Positions 1-14,880 are shown, counted from the stretch's first letter. The stretch: DNA of 64,000 bases from Cycas panzhihuaensis (GCA_023213395.1 CM041465.1:229283741-229347740), one strand, 5' to 3'. Made by a program: numbers and translations. The notes: a model not told the origin generated them from the sequence alone.

Positions 1-3000
1 TAACCAACTTATAGGTAGCAGTTTTGTAGTCTTTTACAAAGTGTCCTTTATGATTACACCAATTATATATAATAGTTTGATTGCCAGTCCCTGAAGAGGT
101 ATTGGTTTGACCTGACTGTCTTGCTCTTTGTTGATATGGCCCTTGGCCTTAAGGCTATGACTGAGGGTTTAGTTAACCTTGTGGATGATTTCCCATGTTT
201 CTTCCTCTTCCTCTTACTTAGTTGTTTCCTCTACAATGAGAGGGACCTTAATTTTTTATGTAGTAAACTTCTTCTTCCATCTCAAAGGTTGCATCTGGAA
301 GAGAGTCAAAGGCTACAAAGTTGGTATCAAAGGTCTTGTCAAATTCTATAAACTTCTCAACAAGTGCTTCAAAGTTGAGTGTCTTCAATATTCCACTAGA
401 TTAAAGACTTCTAAGCAAGTTTTTATAATCAGGGACATGTAGATATGATTAAATCAAGAATGCCCAAGTGATATATTGGGTCTTAAAATCTTTATCAATT
501 GCTTATTTTATTGGTCGAAGGAGATTTATTGTCTTATGAGCTTATCCTTTCTACATTTTTAATTTGTTTATTTTCAAAATAAGATGAATAAATTTTAAAT
601 CTAACTTAGTATCAAAGTTCTTCTTAAGAACTTCAAGGACCTTCCAAGCTATATCATGTTACTCTTTATTAGTTAAGTTGTGTAAGGAGTGATCAGTAAC
701 TAACAAAATTCTTTCACGAATTTTTTCATTATCTATCTCCTATTGTAGTTTGGTTACGACATTTGTAGGAGTTGTTGGGGCAGATTTGCTAGAAGTAGGT
801 GTTGTAGCTATTACAAATATGATGGATATAGGATATAAGTGGGTTCTCCAAAGGCATTCATACTTTGTAGTATTTTTAATTTTATTGTATCACAAATCTT
901 AATTTTCTTTACCTTTCAATATGCAGTTGACATTCCACTTGAATTGAGATGACATGGTGATGATGAAGAAGTAGAAGAGATGATGAAAGTATGTGCCACT
1001 CACACGTGTGGCTAGTACACCTGGCATAACAGGGATGTAGAAATGAATGTTATGATGAAAAATAAGTAATGATTAAGTATTTTTCAACAACTATGAAAAA
1101 TGAGTATAAGAAATGATGCAAGAATGAGGCATAATATAGAGCTGGTAAAGAGTGGTGATGTGTCATGCCACTAACCTCTAACTTATATCCAAATGTAGGT
1201 AAAGTTTTGATGCCTAAGGCTTCTACTATATAATTAGGGCCTTTATCTATGATACCCGCACCTATGCTTGATAATAAAATCCAAGTCACAATGGAGCCCA
1301 AGTACTCCCAGTCCTTACCCAGTTTAGCAGTGAACAACTATATACCTCCTCTAAAGAGGTAAACGATACATGTGTATCCCACGTCTATGATGGATATTAG
1401 ACCGGGTTAATTTTAATCTTGCATTAACGTTTTTAGTTTTTCTAAGTGGATATCAAGATTATCCCAATTAGAGGTCAAAGGTATGGCTAACATGTCCCTC
1501 TACCATTATTCTGGTTAAGACCAGACATAGTATGAAACTTATACCTCCCTTAGGGCTTAGACTTCAGTCAAACATGGTCTATTTCAACCAAGGCGAGTAT
1601 GCGCGCAAGTCAAGAACTAGTGGTATAAATCATGCAGATGAGATTCTTTTTAAAAATAATGTAAGTTATTTCTAAATAACTAAAAACTGAAATGAAAATT
1701 TTCCAAATGTGCTTGTTTTGTTGTTATTGATGCTTTATGTAATTCTTTATGCTATATGTGTAAATAGAAAAAGCATACTAGATTTAACAGGGGAACTGGA
1801 TGTTGCTTTTGATCCAAGGTTTCCCTTGCTTTAGTATAATATTTCTAAATACGTTTTTGAAGATTTTAATACAAAATCCACAAAGAGATAAAAATTATAT
1901 CAACATATAGCTAAAACATTAATTTTTCTAAATCTAAATACATGTTATTTTATCCTATTTTATGATTTTTTTATAAAAATTATAAATAATAATAAATAGA
2001 TTTTTTTTTTTTTTTATTTACAAATATGAAGGCCTAAATGATCGAATTTAAATTTATGGAAGAAGAAAAAAGTGTTCATAATATTATTTCTGATAGGGTA
2101 GTGATGTCAGATTTTTGAAAAGGCATAAAAAAATTTTACCCCAAAAAAACACAAAAGCAAAATCTTGCCAGATCCATTGTCTCAGAATCCAAACTTCAAT
2201 ATATAAAAAGTTATATTTTAACATGTGCATCAATTTTTCTTTCTATACCATCTCAAAAATCATCCAAAAAATTACTTGAAACACCCTCGCAATATCTTTT
2301 GTGGGGTTGAGTAAGCAAATTTAGTATCTGTGAGAAAACTATAAAGATCTTACTAACCGGTGGATAATTTTAATGAGATTTTTCTTAAAATGCTTCTAAG
2401 ACATAAATCTACTAGATCCCTCAAAAATACTTTTAGATTTTCAACTCATATTTAAAGGATTTTATTAAGAAAAGTGTCTTAAGTCGCTTATTTACAAATT
2501 TTAACCTTTTATTTCAGCCAAAATTCATTGTTATAGGCTAAATCTAAAGTTACTGTAGAAGACAAAAATGATCCTCTTGACAAGGTAACCCTACATGCCA
2601 AATTTCATCAAAATCTGAGATGGTCAAATGTTTTTATAAAATTTTAGACCTTTAATACTTTTAGGACTATTCTGGCAACCGAACAACTTCAAAAACATAT
2701 ATTTTTCACCTCTAAAATTATGCACACATAGATAAAGTAGTAACATATAAAGTAATATAATTTTAAGCTCTCAAAATTTTATAAATGATGAGTGCACTCT
2801 CAATACTTCATACTGAAGGTGAAGGAGAGACAAAATGACTCCATGCAAGTAGAATATAGTGAATAGATCTTCTTCTAACTCTGATACCATATGAAGGAAT
2901 GATGGATCTATGGATTAAATCACTCACATACATACAATAGCAATGGAGAATGAAATAGAGATAAAACAGGATATGAGAGCAAGCTTGGAGGTGAGAATGA

Positions 3001-3199
3001 ATAATGACTCCCTCCTTTAGATTTCACCTTTTATTGAGAGTGAACATTAGGGTTGAGATTTTCCTGTCTAATGATATGAACCCAGAATTACATCTAAATA
3101 TACATAAAGTACATTTTACTAAGAGACTAATTCTAACAATATATCCTAAGGTCACTTAATTAATCTACATAAATGACCTTGATACATTAACCTCTTTCA
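1..3199 (-). mobile_element. Ty1/Copia LTR retrotransposon, 5' part only (5' LTR 2892-3199, PBS, leader, decayed gag); same family as 10771-18378
   Basis: Colinear with ~15150-18378 over the whole length. PBS-like actctgatacca at 2878-2889, followed by TG...CA-bounded LTR (tgaagg...ctctttca). The rest of the element lies upstream of the window. Confidence 0.92.
2892..3199 (-). repeat. LTR (308 bp) of the Copia family also at 10771-11082 and 18067-18378
   Basis: TG...CA termini; aligns by eye to both LTRs of the 10771-18378 element. Confidence 0.92.
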
Positions 3200-6100
3200 C
3201 TGTCGTTTGGGATAAATCTAGCATAGGTGGATTCACAGTATTAGGAGGGTGATCAAGTCTTCTATACTCATGTGCTAAGTTATATCAATCTTAACCTACT
3301 CATGTACTGTGTATAGAGTCCCTAAACTATTATATGTGGATAAGTACTACTAAATAGAATAGCAACCAAGGGCTTTGTTAAAGATATTAAAATTAGTATT
3401 CTAGCTTAGTAACCTACTAGGCAAATATTACACAATGGCAATAAAATTGCTTATTTCAAACACAATTAAATTATCTAAGAGTAATAAATTTTTATCTTGG
3501 AAGAAATAAGTCAATTACCTTTCAATCATGAATGAGTTTTGGGCATATGTATCAAGCGACATATGTAAACTTACTCCCATACCTAACTTACCTAATCCAA
3601 ATAATGAGATCCCTCTAAACCCTATTGCCCTTGTTACTTTTAAAGACAAAGACAATCTTGCTCTATCCTTCTTACACTTAGTTATAAAGGATAATGTAGA
3701 CCGCAGTATTGAAATAACAAACACATCTCATGAGGCACGATATATCATATGTTTACTTTATGAGTAGAAAGATGACTCAAGAGTAATCATGCTAAAAGTA
3801 CACTTATATTCTATACCTTCTATTGGCTTCATTTGTTCATACATAGCTGGAGTTAAAGCCATCAAGAACCAACTTACTACTCTTAGAGCTCATCTGTCCT
3901 AAAATAATCTTGTTTCTAGTGTTGTTAATGTCCTTCCCACTATATACAATAGTTTTATATCTCGTTTATCAAATGAATTTAATACCCTATAAGGTATGTT
4001 ACTAAAGGAAGAAGGTATCCTGAATCAACATGAAATAACATCTTCTTTTAATACTACTTCCATATTCATAACTAGAAATTGAGGGAGGAAATAACTTATC
4101 CAATAACCTCTTGCTCAACACTTTAGTTCTTTGAACTTAAATTAACCTCCCTAACAGACCAAAAACTAGTAGAGAAAATAGAATGTTACCTACCTCTATT
4201 GTGACAAATTCAGGCATGTTATCACTAATTACAAAAAGAGATAATCTGATCTACAACTTTTATAAATAAACCATGGACAACAAGGAGGCCATAATCAAGG
4301 TTAGAACCAATGTCGTAATAATAAATATGGTCAACAGAGCTTGTAATAACAAAACTAAAATCAACCAAGGAATTGGAATAAGGATCGCAATAAAAATTTA
4401 TAGCAAGGAGGTCATGTGGCTGATACCCAGAACCTATTCTGTGCCACTCTTACTTTTGATCATTCATACAATTCCTAGTTGATAAATTATAGTTCTACTT
4501 ATCATATGATAGGTACTGAAAAACTGTTAAAAAACATTAAACCTATTCAAGTATAGACAATAAAGTTTGGTAATGATCTTACATATGATGTGGCTAAGAT
4601 TGGGATACCTCCCATAACCTTAAGTAATTCAAACATAGGTCATCATATTAATAATGTCCTATATGTACCTGGTATGAAATAGAACTTGCTTTATATTATC
4701 CAAATTGATAAATAAAACTTTGATGTACTCTTCAGCTAAGGAACTTGAACTATCTCAGATCACTTAACTAGACAAGTAGTGGCTACAAGACATGATGATA
4801 ATAGTTTATATAAGCTTAATGGTATTCCACTTTTCTTTGCATAAAATCAAAATCCAAGTTCTACTATGCATCCTACTCCAATAGATAAAGAAAAATAAAT
4901 TGTCATAAAAGACCCACCTATTAACATGCAAGTTGAATCTTCATATACTAAGGAGCAACCTACTCAGAAGAGTACTAAGGATCAATTATGGCATCAACAC
5001 CTTGGTCATCTAAATATACAAAGTCTCAACCTCTTTAGACTTTAAATGATACATGGATTATCTAAGATAAAATAATATAAAAGTTTCTATGAAAATTATA
5101 TTATTAGAAAACAGCATAGAGAACCAATTAATTCAAAGAAAGATTGGCGATCAACTGAATCATTGGGCTTAGTTCACTTAGATGTCTATCGGCCTATATC
5201 TAAGCCTTCTCTAAATGGCAATTTATATTTCATCACATTCATTGATGATTATTCTTAAAGAGTTTGGGTCTACTTTTTTAAGAACAAATTTGATGCCTTT
5301 GAGAAATTCAAGGAATTCAAAACCAAAGTTAAAAATGAAACCAACACTATAATCAAGATACTTCGTACTGATAATGGAGTTGAGTACACATCAAATTAAT
5401 TCACTAATTTTTATAAAGAACATGGCATTAAAAACCAATTCTTAGCTCCTAATACTCCTCAACAAAATGGTGTTGTTGAGAAAATAAATCAAATATTAGT
5501 GAATAAGGTAAAAGCAATGGTTAATATTGTAAATATTACTGACTCATTTTGGGTTAAAGTTATTACTACAAGGGCTTATCTCACAAATAGGAGCCTGACT
5601 TTAGTTGTCATAAATATAGAACTTGAGGAGGCATAGTTAGGACAAAAGCCTATAGTCTCACACCTTAGAACTTTTAGATGTACAACCTATATGTTCATTA
5701 CCAAAGAAAAGCATCCTCATAGGCTATGTACCTAGTTGTAAAACTTATAAGGTGTATGATCCTATTAGATGATAGGCATATTCATCAAGGGATATTATCT
5801 CTATATAAGATAATTAGGACTTGGATCCCTCTCAGATGTAGTTTCTAATAGATGATAATGATGATGTTTTAGAAGCTCCTCTTGCATCAATTATGGACCC
5901 TTCAACTCCTTTAACTTTGTATAATCTAAGTTTATCATTTGCTCCTCCTACATCTCCATATGCTTCTATATCAACATCTGTATTACCACCTTTGTCTCCT
6001 GAAGACGTACAAGTTAAAGTCATTAAAAAACTTCCTAAGTGGTACTTGTAAGTTATGGAAAATACACCTTCGCCTCCTACAAATTTGAAAAGATAACCTA

Positions 6101-8068
6101 AATTAAGACATACTACTAATTATGCTCTAATGGCACATGTTTTCACTACTCTTAAGCATTCCACCTTTTAGGAGGTAGTCAAAGACTAAATGTAGCAAGT
6201 AATTATAGATGAAAAAATGAATTCCATCTGAAAAAATAATACTTAGGAACTCATTGAACTGCCTTTAGAAAAGACACTAATTAATTGTTGTTGGCTTTAC
6301 AAAATAAACTACCATGTAGATGGCTCTATTCAAAGACATAAAACATGTCTTGTTGTAAAATGTTTTAAATAAGAAAAAGGTATTAACTATGATGAGACCT
6401 TCACCCATGTTGCCAACATGACAACTTTTTATTTGGTTATGTCACTAATATCTCAATTCAAATGGTTTGTTTATGAGATGTATGTCAAGAATGCTTTTCT
6501 CAATGGAGACCTTTCTAAAGAAGTTTACTTGAGATAACCTCCCAACTATATTTTTTTAGAAAAAAATATATAATTTAAAAACTTAAGAAAGCTTTATATG
6601 GACTCAAGTAAGTACCTCGTACCTAGTGTGCAAAGATTAATATTTATTTTCTTAAGCATGGATTAAACCATTCATCCTTTAATCCCAATTTATATATTTA
6701 GATCCATAATAATCTGATTGCCATTATTGTTCTCTATATTGATGATTTGTTAATCATTGGAAATGACAATGAAGGAATTTCTTGTCTCTAATAGGAACTC
6801 GGTAGTAGTTTTGAGGTGACTAACCTTGGACTGCTCCATTATTTCCTTGGCATTAAAGTTTGGCAAGAACTAGGTCATTTTCTTGTCACAAGCCAAATAT
6901 ACAAATGTGATCTTATAACATTTTAAAATAAGTGACTATAAACTTCCACCTACACCTATGGAGATTTGAACCAAATTGAATTTAGATGAATAAGGCAAAC
7001 ATGTCAATCTCACTCTTTATAGATAACTTGTAGAGAGTTTAATTTATCTTACTCACACTTAGCATGATATCTCATATGTAGTTTGGATTTGTTTAAGGTT
7101 TATGTATTAGCTTAAGATGTCACATTTGAAAGTTGCAATTAGAATTCACAAAGTATATTTGCAGTATCTTATAGCATGTATTTGACTACAACCAAGCTGG
7201 GTTAGTTTCTAGGATACTCACCACTCTACTTCAGGTTACTATTTTAAGCTAAACTCAACTACTATTTCTTAGAGTTATAAGAAATAACCCAATATTCCTC
7301 TAACCTCCACTAAAGTAAAATGTAGAGTAATTGTTTATATAGCTATTGAAGTAATCTGGCTACGTAGAATTCGTACTAAACTTAGTCTTCAATAAACTCA
7401 AGCTACTCTCATATATTGTGATAATCAAAGTATATTGAAGATGACAAAGAATTCTATTTTTCATACAAGAATAAAGCACATAGAGGTCCATCATCATTTT
7501 ATCTATGAATATTTTCAAGAGAGAGAAATTTATCTTGTGTATGGACTGATTGAAGACTAGGTTGCAAATATCATCACCAAAGCACCTAGTAAACCAAAGT
7601 TTAAAAGGTTTTGACACAATCTTAGCATCAAGATTAATGAAGTTGTCATTAAGGGAGGATGTTAAAATATAATGACTCCTTCATGTACTCTTTTATAAAG
7701 ATAATCACTTTACTTAGATAAAGTATAATTAAAATTCAAGTTATGACTTAATATTATAATTCTTAGTTAAGGGTCAACACCCCAATTTAAGCCTCATAAT
7801 TATTCAATGAGACTTAAGTAATATGAGGTCCAATCAAGTGAAAGTATGTGAGGTCCAATCTACATCCATCTATTATAAAGTGATAGATATCATTCTCTCT
7901 ATAAATTAAGGCCATGTCTACTCTCATCAACTAGTGAAAATAATATTTTTTGTGAGAGTCTAAACTCTGCCAAAGTTCTATACTAGGCATCACTTAATTT
8001 GATCTCTTTATTCTTATAAATTAGGGCTAATTTATGATCCTCCATTCATATCTTGTGTTTATTTAATA
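3200..8068 (+). mobile_element. Heavily decayed Ty1/Copia element (gag-PR-INT-RT-RH, PPT, 3' LTR ~7660-8068)
   Basis: Degenerate zinc knuckle ~4185-4230; LWHQHLGH (GAG-pre-integrase) ~4987; FIDDYS/RTDNG/TPQQNG integrase motifs 5230-5480; RT motifs (NAFLNGDL ~6490, LYIDDL ~6733); RNase H (CDNQS, KHIEVHHHF ~7420-7500); PPT aagggagga 7651-7659 then tgtta. Many stops. LTR 3' end approximate. Confidence 0.88.
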
Positions 8069-8656
8069 TATACTTGATATGCTTTATTTATTGATGAGTT
8101 TATTGTATGTTGGTTAAGAGAATAAAGATCCTATTAAGGTTATTTTTCATTAGTTTGATTAATTCTAACTCCATCAAGTATGGCTAAAGATATCTTTGAA
8201 ATTAAATGCTCCTCTGATTTTGATTTCTATGAATATTATGTTTATAGAAAATAGAATTGAGTAAGGTTTCTCTCTAATGTGAAAAGAGTGAGAGGGATAT
8301 TACAACTAATATACAATGATGTATTTAGATTACTTGATGTGCTATCTTTAGGTGGGTCTAAGTATTTTATCATTTTTATAGATGATGTATCAAAAAATAT
8401 GTGAGTTTACTTTCTCAGGAAGAAATCTAAGGTTTTCAATAAATTCAAGGAGTTTAAAGCCTTGGTGGAGAATCAAACTAATAGAAAGATCGAAATATTA
8501 AAAATTAATAATAGAGGCAAGTTTAGCTTAAATGAGTTTGAGTAGTTCTATAAGCAATAAAGAATAACAAGCAAAATATAACTCCCTACATGCCACAACA
8601 AAATAAAGTTACAAAATAGATGAACAAAACCTTACTGCAAATATCAAGGAGTATAC

Positions 8657-9240
8657 TGTAGTGATCTAGTTCTACTTTTATAGCAATTTTCCTTAAAAAT
8701 ACAAGTAATAATCCACAAGAAATAATAACTAGATGTTATTCAACAAGAAAACAAATAAGGAACAAGAATTACAGAATCCATAGAATTCAATAATAATCTT
8801 TATTGTCAAATAATACTAAAATATAATAAAATTATAACAAAATACCCATCTTTCCTTAAGAAGTAAGCTTCCCTCTTTGAGGCAAGGAACCCTCTAAACT
8901 GTAGCCCCAAATGGGCAAGCTAATTACAACCCTAGAATTGAAAATATGTAGCCAAAAAAACCTCTGATAATGGTTTGGGATATGGCCTAAACTTCTTATT
9001 TATAGCAATCAAAATACTTTAATTAGAAGTCACCTAGATTGGGTGATACTCTTCTTAATATTGCTCAACTAGAAGTTAGTAAGAACTTCTCTAAAAACTA
9101 GTAGGCTAACTTTGAACGGTCATAACATTTTATATAGATGTTATAATTAATTATAATTTGAACCATTGGAATCCTCGTTCAAATACCTTTAATTTGAATG
9201 GTCATAAGTTATAGTTTTGACCATATTTTGGAATGCTACA
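8657..9240 (-). repeat. 3' LTR of the 8657-19170 element
   Basis: tgtagtgatc...ggaatgctaca; direct repeat of 18587-19170; PPT adjacent. Confidence 0.9.
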
Positions 9241-10770
9241 ATTCCTCTCCCTTTAAAATAATACTCTACCCTTGGAGTATTGAGAAATACTTGTAGCTTG
9301 GTCTAATCTTCTAACCACCTCCTACTAGATCTTGTAGGTCGTAAAGATTTGGTTTGATCTTATATCTTCTACGGAGATTTACTAGTAGGCATCTTGAATT
9401 CACTAATGATTGTTCTTGGGGCTAAGTACATGTTGTGTCTTATTCTAAATCATAAGGATCTTAGGACCTATGAGGTATCTCAAATATCTTGTCTTGGTAT
9501 TACCTTAAATTTGCATATTTTATTTTCAAATGGGGTGGATCTTGGGAAAAGACGTAAAGGCTTCAGGAAAATAATTGATCGTGAGGGTCATGGATTGGTG
9601 ATTGCTTATTGTTAATGAAAGTAAAGGAGAATTTGTGAATTGAGATCAAGCATAACTTTAAAGGTATAGGAAGAAGGGATAAATTTTAGAATATGCCTTA
9701 GATGGGGATGAAATTTTGTGAACGTTTTATTAGACCACAACACTTTTTGGGAGAGAAGGATAGATGGGGAATCAATGATAAATGTTCTTTATGAAAAAGG
9801 GCTTTAATAGGTTTCTAAGAATGGTATTTAAATAAACAAAGGATTTAATAAAAAATAATAATATTGATGGTATGAAATTAAAGAGGTTTAGGAACTACCA
9901 AATAGGGTTTTGTAAGGGATAATACTAAGAGATAAAACATAACGATTAGAGTGAAGTTATAGAGTATCCTATTGAGGATGATCTATAAGGGGTGAAAAAG
10001 TATGTAAGTAAAGGGATGAACTAGGGTTACAAAAAGGGATTGGGATTTTACCTACAAAAGAACTAGAGTTGAGATTATGATTATGGATAACTATGGGATT
10101 TGGAAAAGAAAATCTTCCTATAGTTACTAAGTAAGGAAAAGAGAGAGGACATATAATACTACCAAAAGAGATGTGCATGTGTAACACAGGATCAATCAGT
10201 ACCTTGCCTAAAGCTTTTTGTGATTCTTCTTTAAAAATGACTTGTTCTTCCTTGTCTTCATGGTGCCCCTGTGTAACTTCACTTTTCATTTCTTCTCTGA
10301 TATTAACTTGAGATTCTTCTATCACTTAAGCTTGCTTCAAGTCTTCTATGTAATCAGGTTGTTCCCTCTGTGATGGCTCTTGTTTTAGTTCTTACAAAAT
10401 CTTTGCTTCTTCTCCTTCTTCTTCTACTTTTGCCCCTTTGTCTGGTTGCTTTGATGCTTTAGTACCCTCACCTTGCTCATGGGTTTGTTGTTGTCTAAAT
10501 ATTTTGATAAATGCACATCAAAACTAAAACCAATCAGTGTATCATATTAATTAGTTAAACCAATTATTAAACTGATCAAAAGCTTTTTCTTCCAAGAACA
10601 ATTCTAAGTCTACCCAATAATCATCAATTTTTGTACTCCCTGTGAATTAATTTTGAGCTTCAACCCATTCTACCCATTCTCTTGCATATATGCCTTCATT
10701 GGGCTCAAAAAGGTCAAACACCTTTTTTGGACTAAAAATACTGCTCTCAATTGTCTTTTTGTCAATAAAG

Positions 10771-11082
10771 TGAAAGAAGGATGGATCTAGGAGATAAATC
10801 ACTCACATGCGCACAATGGCAATGGAGAATGAAAAAGAAGATGAAATAAGATATGAGAGCAAGCTTGAAGGTGAGAATGAATAATGACTCCCTCCTTGAG
10901 ATTTCACCTTTTATTATTGAGGGTGAGCATTAGGGTTAAGATTTTCCTGCCTAATGACATGAACCCGAAATTACATCTAAATACACATAAAGTACATTTC
11001 ATTAAGAGACTAATGCTAATAATATATCCTAAAGTCACATAATTAATCTACACAAATGATCTTGATACATTAACCTCTTTCA
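10771..11082 (-). repeat. 3' LTR of full-length Copia
   Basis: tgaaag...ctctttca; near-identical to 18067-18378. Confidence 0.95.
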
Positions 11083-11575
11083 ATCTCCCCCTTAATGGTG
11101 GAATGTCATTTTCAGAAAATCTATTCTATGAGGTCTTTATTTGAGCCTCATTATTACATTGAAATTATAAATGACACTTTTGTGGGAAAACCCTCATGGG
11201 GAATAAAAACCCATGAACTTTCTAAGATCTATAGCCCCTTTTATAAATCAAAATGGCTAAGGTGGCTCTTTAATGTAGCCTGATAGCCGAGCAGCTTAAA
11301 TGTGTAGCTTAATCTGCTAAGTCTCCATATACTATTTGGTCATCCCCTATGCCCTTTTGGGTTTTCACAAGTTCTGATTTTCCAAAACAAGTATAACCCT
11401 TATCCTTCCATGCCCACATGGGGTTTTCACAAAGAGGATAGAGTAGAGACTTACTCTTATTCTTTTGCACCCACAAGGGGTTTTCACAAAGAGAATAGAG
11501 TATGATGATCCTATTGTCATCTTCTTTGATCAATCGAAGATGAAGGCCCTAAGGCTGAGCTGCCTTCAAAACTAT

Positions 11576-13009
11576 TTAAACTTCACCCTTTGCAGTGGTT
11601 TGGTGAAGATATCGGTCACTTGATCTATTGTGGGGTAGTAATCTAATTGAATTATGCCATCTAATCTTATAGATTTCTATACTTATGTGTTTGGCATGAT
11701 CGTGAAATATAAGATTTTTCACCATGCAAATTATTGATTGCTTATCCATATAAAGACTCATAGGACTTGTTTGGGTGATATTCAATGTTTCCAATAATTT
11801 TCTCAGCCATATGACCTCTTTACTAGTCTTAGAAGAAGTAATGTATTCAGCTTCGGTAGTTGAATCTGTAACTATCTTCTGCCATCTGGATCTCCATGAT
11901 ATTGGTGTTGTTATAAGAAATGTTACATACCTAGATGTAGATCTTCCTGTATCTTTATCTCTTGCAAACTCTGAGTATGTGTATATAGAAAGCTTGAAGT
12001 CTAAATTAGGTTCATACAATAGACCATATTTACTGATTGTCTTAAGGTATCTCAACACTCTCACTGCTGCTTGCCAATGATTCTGCTTAGGATTTGTCAT
12101 GTAACGAGCAAGAATGTTGACAGAGTGTATAATATCTAGCCTTGTATTGGTAGTATAGATGAGACTACCTACAAGTTTCCTGTAGAGTATTGTGTCTGCC
12201 TCCCTAGTATCATCTTCAGCTAAGAGTTTGGTATTAGGATCCATAGGTAACATCACTGGTCGAGCATCTTCTAACTAAAACTTGGTTAGAAGATCGTTGA
12301 TGTATTTTTATTAGGAGAGGAAAATTTTTCTATTCTTTTATATTACTTCAATTCCCAAGTAATATTTCATCAAACTGAGGTCAGACAATTTGAATGTTTT
12401 TCCAAGGTCCTTTTTCAGCTAGCTTATTGCCTGTTCACTGTTACCCGTTACTAGCATGTCATCCACAAAGATTATGAGATAAGTGACTTTATCCTTATGG
12501 TGCTTGATGAACAACGTTGCATCAATATCTTGATAGTCACAAACCTCATATCTAAGTTACCTCATCCTTTCAGACAACTTGGAAAACCAAGCGCAAGGGG
12601 CTTATTTAAGGCCATACAAAGACTTTCTGAGCCTACAAACCTTATGCTCTTAACCTTCGATCTCATATCCTTTTGGCTAAGCCATGTAAATTTCTTCTTC
12701 AAGATCTCCATTAAGAAATGCGGTCTTAATATCAAGTTGGTGGATTTTCCAACCCTATTGAGCAGCTAAGACCACAAGAGTTCTAATTATAGGCCAATTG
12801 GTTGTAGGTGCAAAGTCTTCAGTGTAGTTGATGCCTTCCCTTTGTGTAAATCCTTTAGCTACCAACCTCATCTTATTTTTTTTAAGGGTGTCATCTGATC
12901 TATATTTGTTTTTAAACATCCATTTATTTTGAACTACCTTTCTGCCAAGTGGTAGATCAACGAGCTCCCATATACCATTCTTGATAAGAGATTGGTACTC
13001 TTTGTTCAT
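11576..13009 (-). pseudogene. Copia reverse transcriptase / RNase H (fragmented)
   Basis: WELVDLP..KMRLVAKGFTQREGINY; YRKLVGSLIY; STTEAEY; broken by stops and frameshifts. Confidence 0.93.
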
Positions 13010-13675
13010 GGCATTTCTCCAAGCTGTATGCTTTACAACTTCTTGGTACGTTAAGGGATCTTCATTAAGAGTAAGGTGTAATTCTGTTGGTTCAAACTTA
13101 GTATATAATAATTCCTACATCCTTATTGTATGAGCACTTCGAGTGCTAGTTTTGCCCACCTTATCTGGTCGTATATCCTTATTGAGCTAGCGGCTTCTCG
13201 AGATCCTCAAGTTAGGAATGATATCCTCATTTCCCCAACTTCTTGGTTCTCATCATGTTCATTAAAATGACTATTATTTTGTGAGGAGGATGTTGATGTG
13301 CTTGAGGAAGATGGTCCTTCTACCATTGTTTTGCCTTTGTCAACTTTGTTATCTTTAAAAGATGGTGCTAGATGTGCACTCATTGGTTCAGAGTCATAAC
13401 TTGTATCATCCAAGGCTCTATTATCAGCTTCTAACGTTTGGAGTAATTTATGTTTGTCCCCCCCCCCCCCCCCCCAAATTTTAGAATCTAAACATCATAC
13501 TTGATAACATTATTGTAGCGACGTGAGGGTACTATGAAGTCTAATTTAAGTAATTAATCCTCTGTCTCTGTAAAAATGACATCTCTGGTAATGATGATTT
13601 TTCATTATGAATGTATGAAGACCTTATACCATTTCTTATCCATAGGGTATCCAACAAAGATGCCTTTAAGTACCC

Positions 13676-14880
13676 TTAGTTGTAGTTTATTTCGATCTGC
13701 ATCCAGAATATAGGCATAGCATGTAGAGCCAAAAATTTTAAAGTAGTGAATAATGGGGGCTTGTCCTGATCACTTTTCATTAGGTGATTGTGCTTCCTTT
13801 GATGGGCTAATAGCATTGATATAATAAACAGTTGTCTAGATTGCTTCAGCCCATAAATAGGCATTTACATTTTTATATATTAACATAGCAGAAGCCATGT
13901 TCATAATTGTCTTGTTCATGCGCTCAGGAACTCTATTTTATTATGGGGTACATGCAACTGTTGTTTGATTCTTTATGCCATTGTCTCGAATGTAGCTTTC
14001 AAACTCATGTGAGGTATATTCGCCACCATTATTAGTTTGAAGACATTTGAGTTGATAACTTGACTCTTTTTTAGTGAGGGCTTTGAATTCCTTGAATATA
14101 CAGAATGCTTCATCTTTCTTATGTAGAAAAGTTACCCATACTTTTCTAGTGAAATCATCAATGAAAGAGATGTAATATAGCTTGCCCTTGTGTGAAGGAA
14201 TGGGCATTGGCCCGCACAAATTAAAATATACTAATTGTAATGGATGGCTTGATTTCCACTAACTTTTGGGAAAGGGTTGTCGATGAAATTTGCCAATGAT
14301 ATAAGCTTCATATTTAAAGGGCTTAGAGGAAAACTTTGGAAGGTTTGGAAGAGTGTTAGAAAGATCTCTAAGTCTATCAATGTGAATATGGCCCATCTGA
14401 GCATGCCAAAGAGTTTTTGGTGACAATATCGGATGGGTTAAGATGGAATTAAATGTAAATTCTTCATCGGCACAAGGGCTTTGGGTACAATGGGCTTCAG
14501 AAGATGGAGAGCCATTCAGTCGAAAGAGTTTTCCAAAGAGATGTTCAGTCAAAACCACCTGATGAGTTGGAGGGTAAATGACCTTAAGAGTCTGGTCATT
14601 TACGGCTACACTTAAATCAAATCCACTAGAAACAAGTGTGGATAAAGAGAGTAGGTTTTGTTTGAGATTGGGTATGTATAAGACATCAAGCAATGTAAAA
14701 TTTTCTAAGCTTGGGAGTTTCAAGTGAATGTTGCCAATTCCTTCAATAGGTTGTTATGATTTATCAGCCATATGAACAACTCCATGAATATTTGAGTTAA
14801 ATGTTTGATATAGACTGCGATTGCATATCATATGTTGAGTTGCTCTTATGTCCATGATCCACTGTCCATTGATTGAAGCC
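13676..14880 (-). pseudogene. Copia protease / GAG-pre-integrase / integrase (fragmented)
   Basis: LDVLYIPNLKQNLLS; LWHAQMGH; CGPM..YYISFIDDFTRKVWV..TNNGGEY. Confidence 0.92.

Noticed and set aside
121-442. Plus-strand ORFs repeated at 15263-15457, and ORFs 38842-39102 / 42758-42952
   Set aside because: They recur only because they are antisense to duplicated gag or lie inside paired LTRs.
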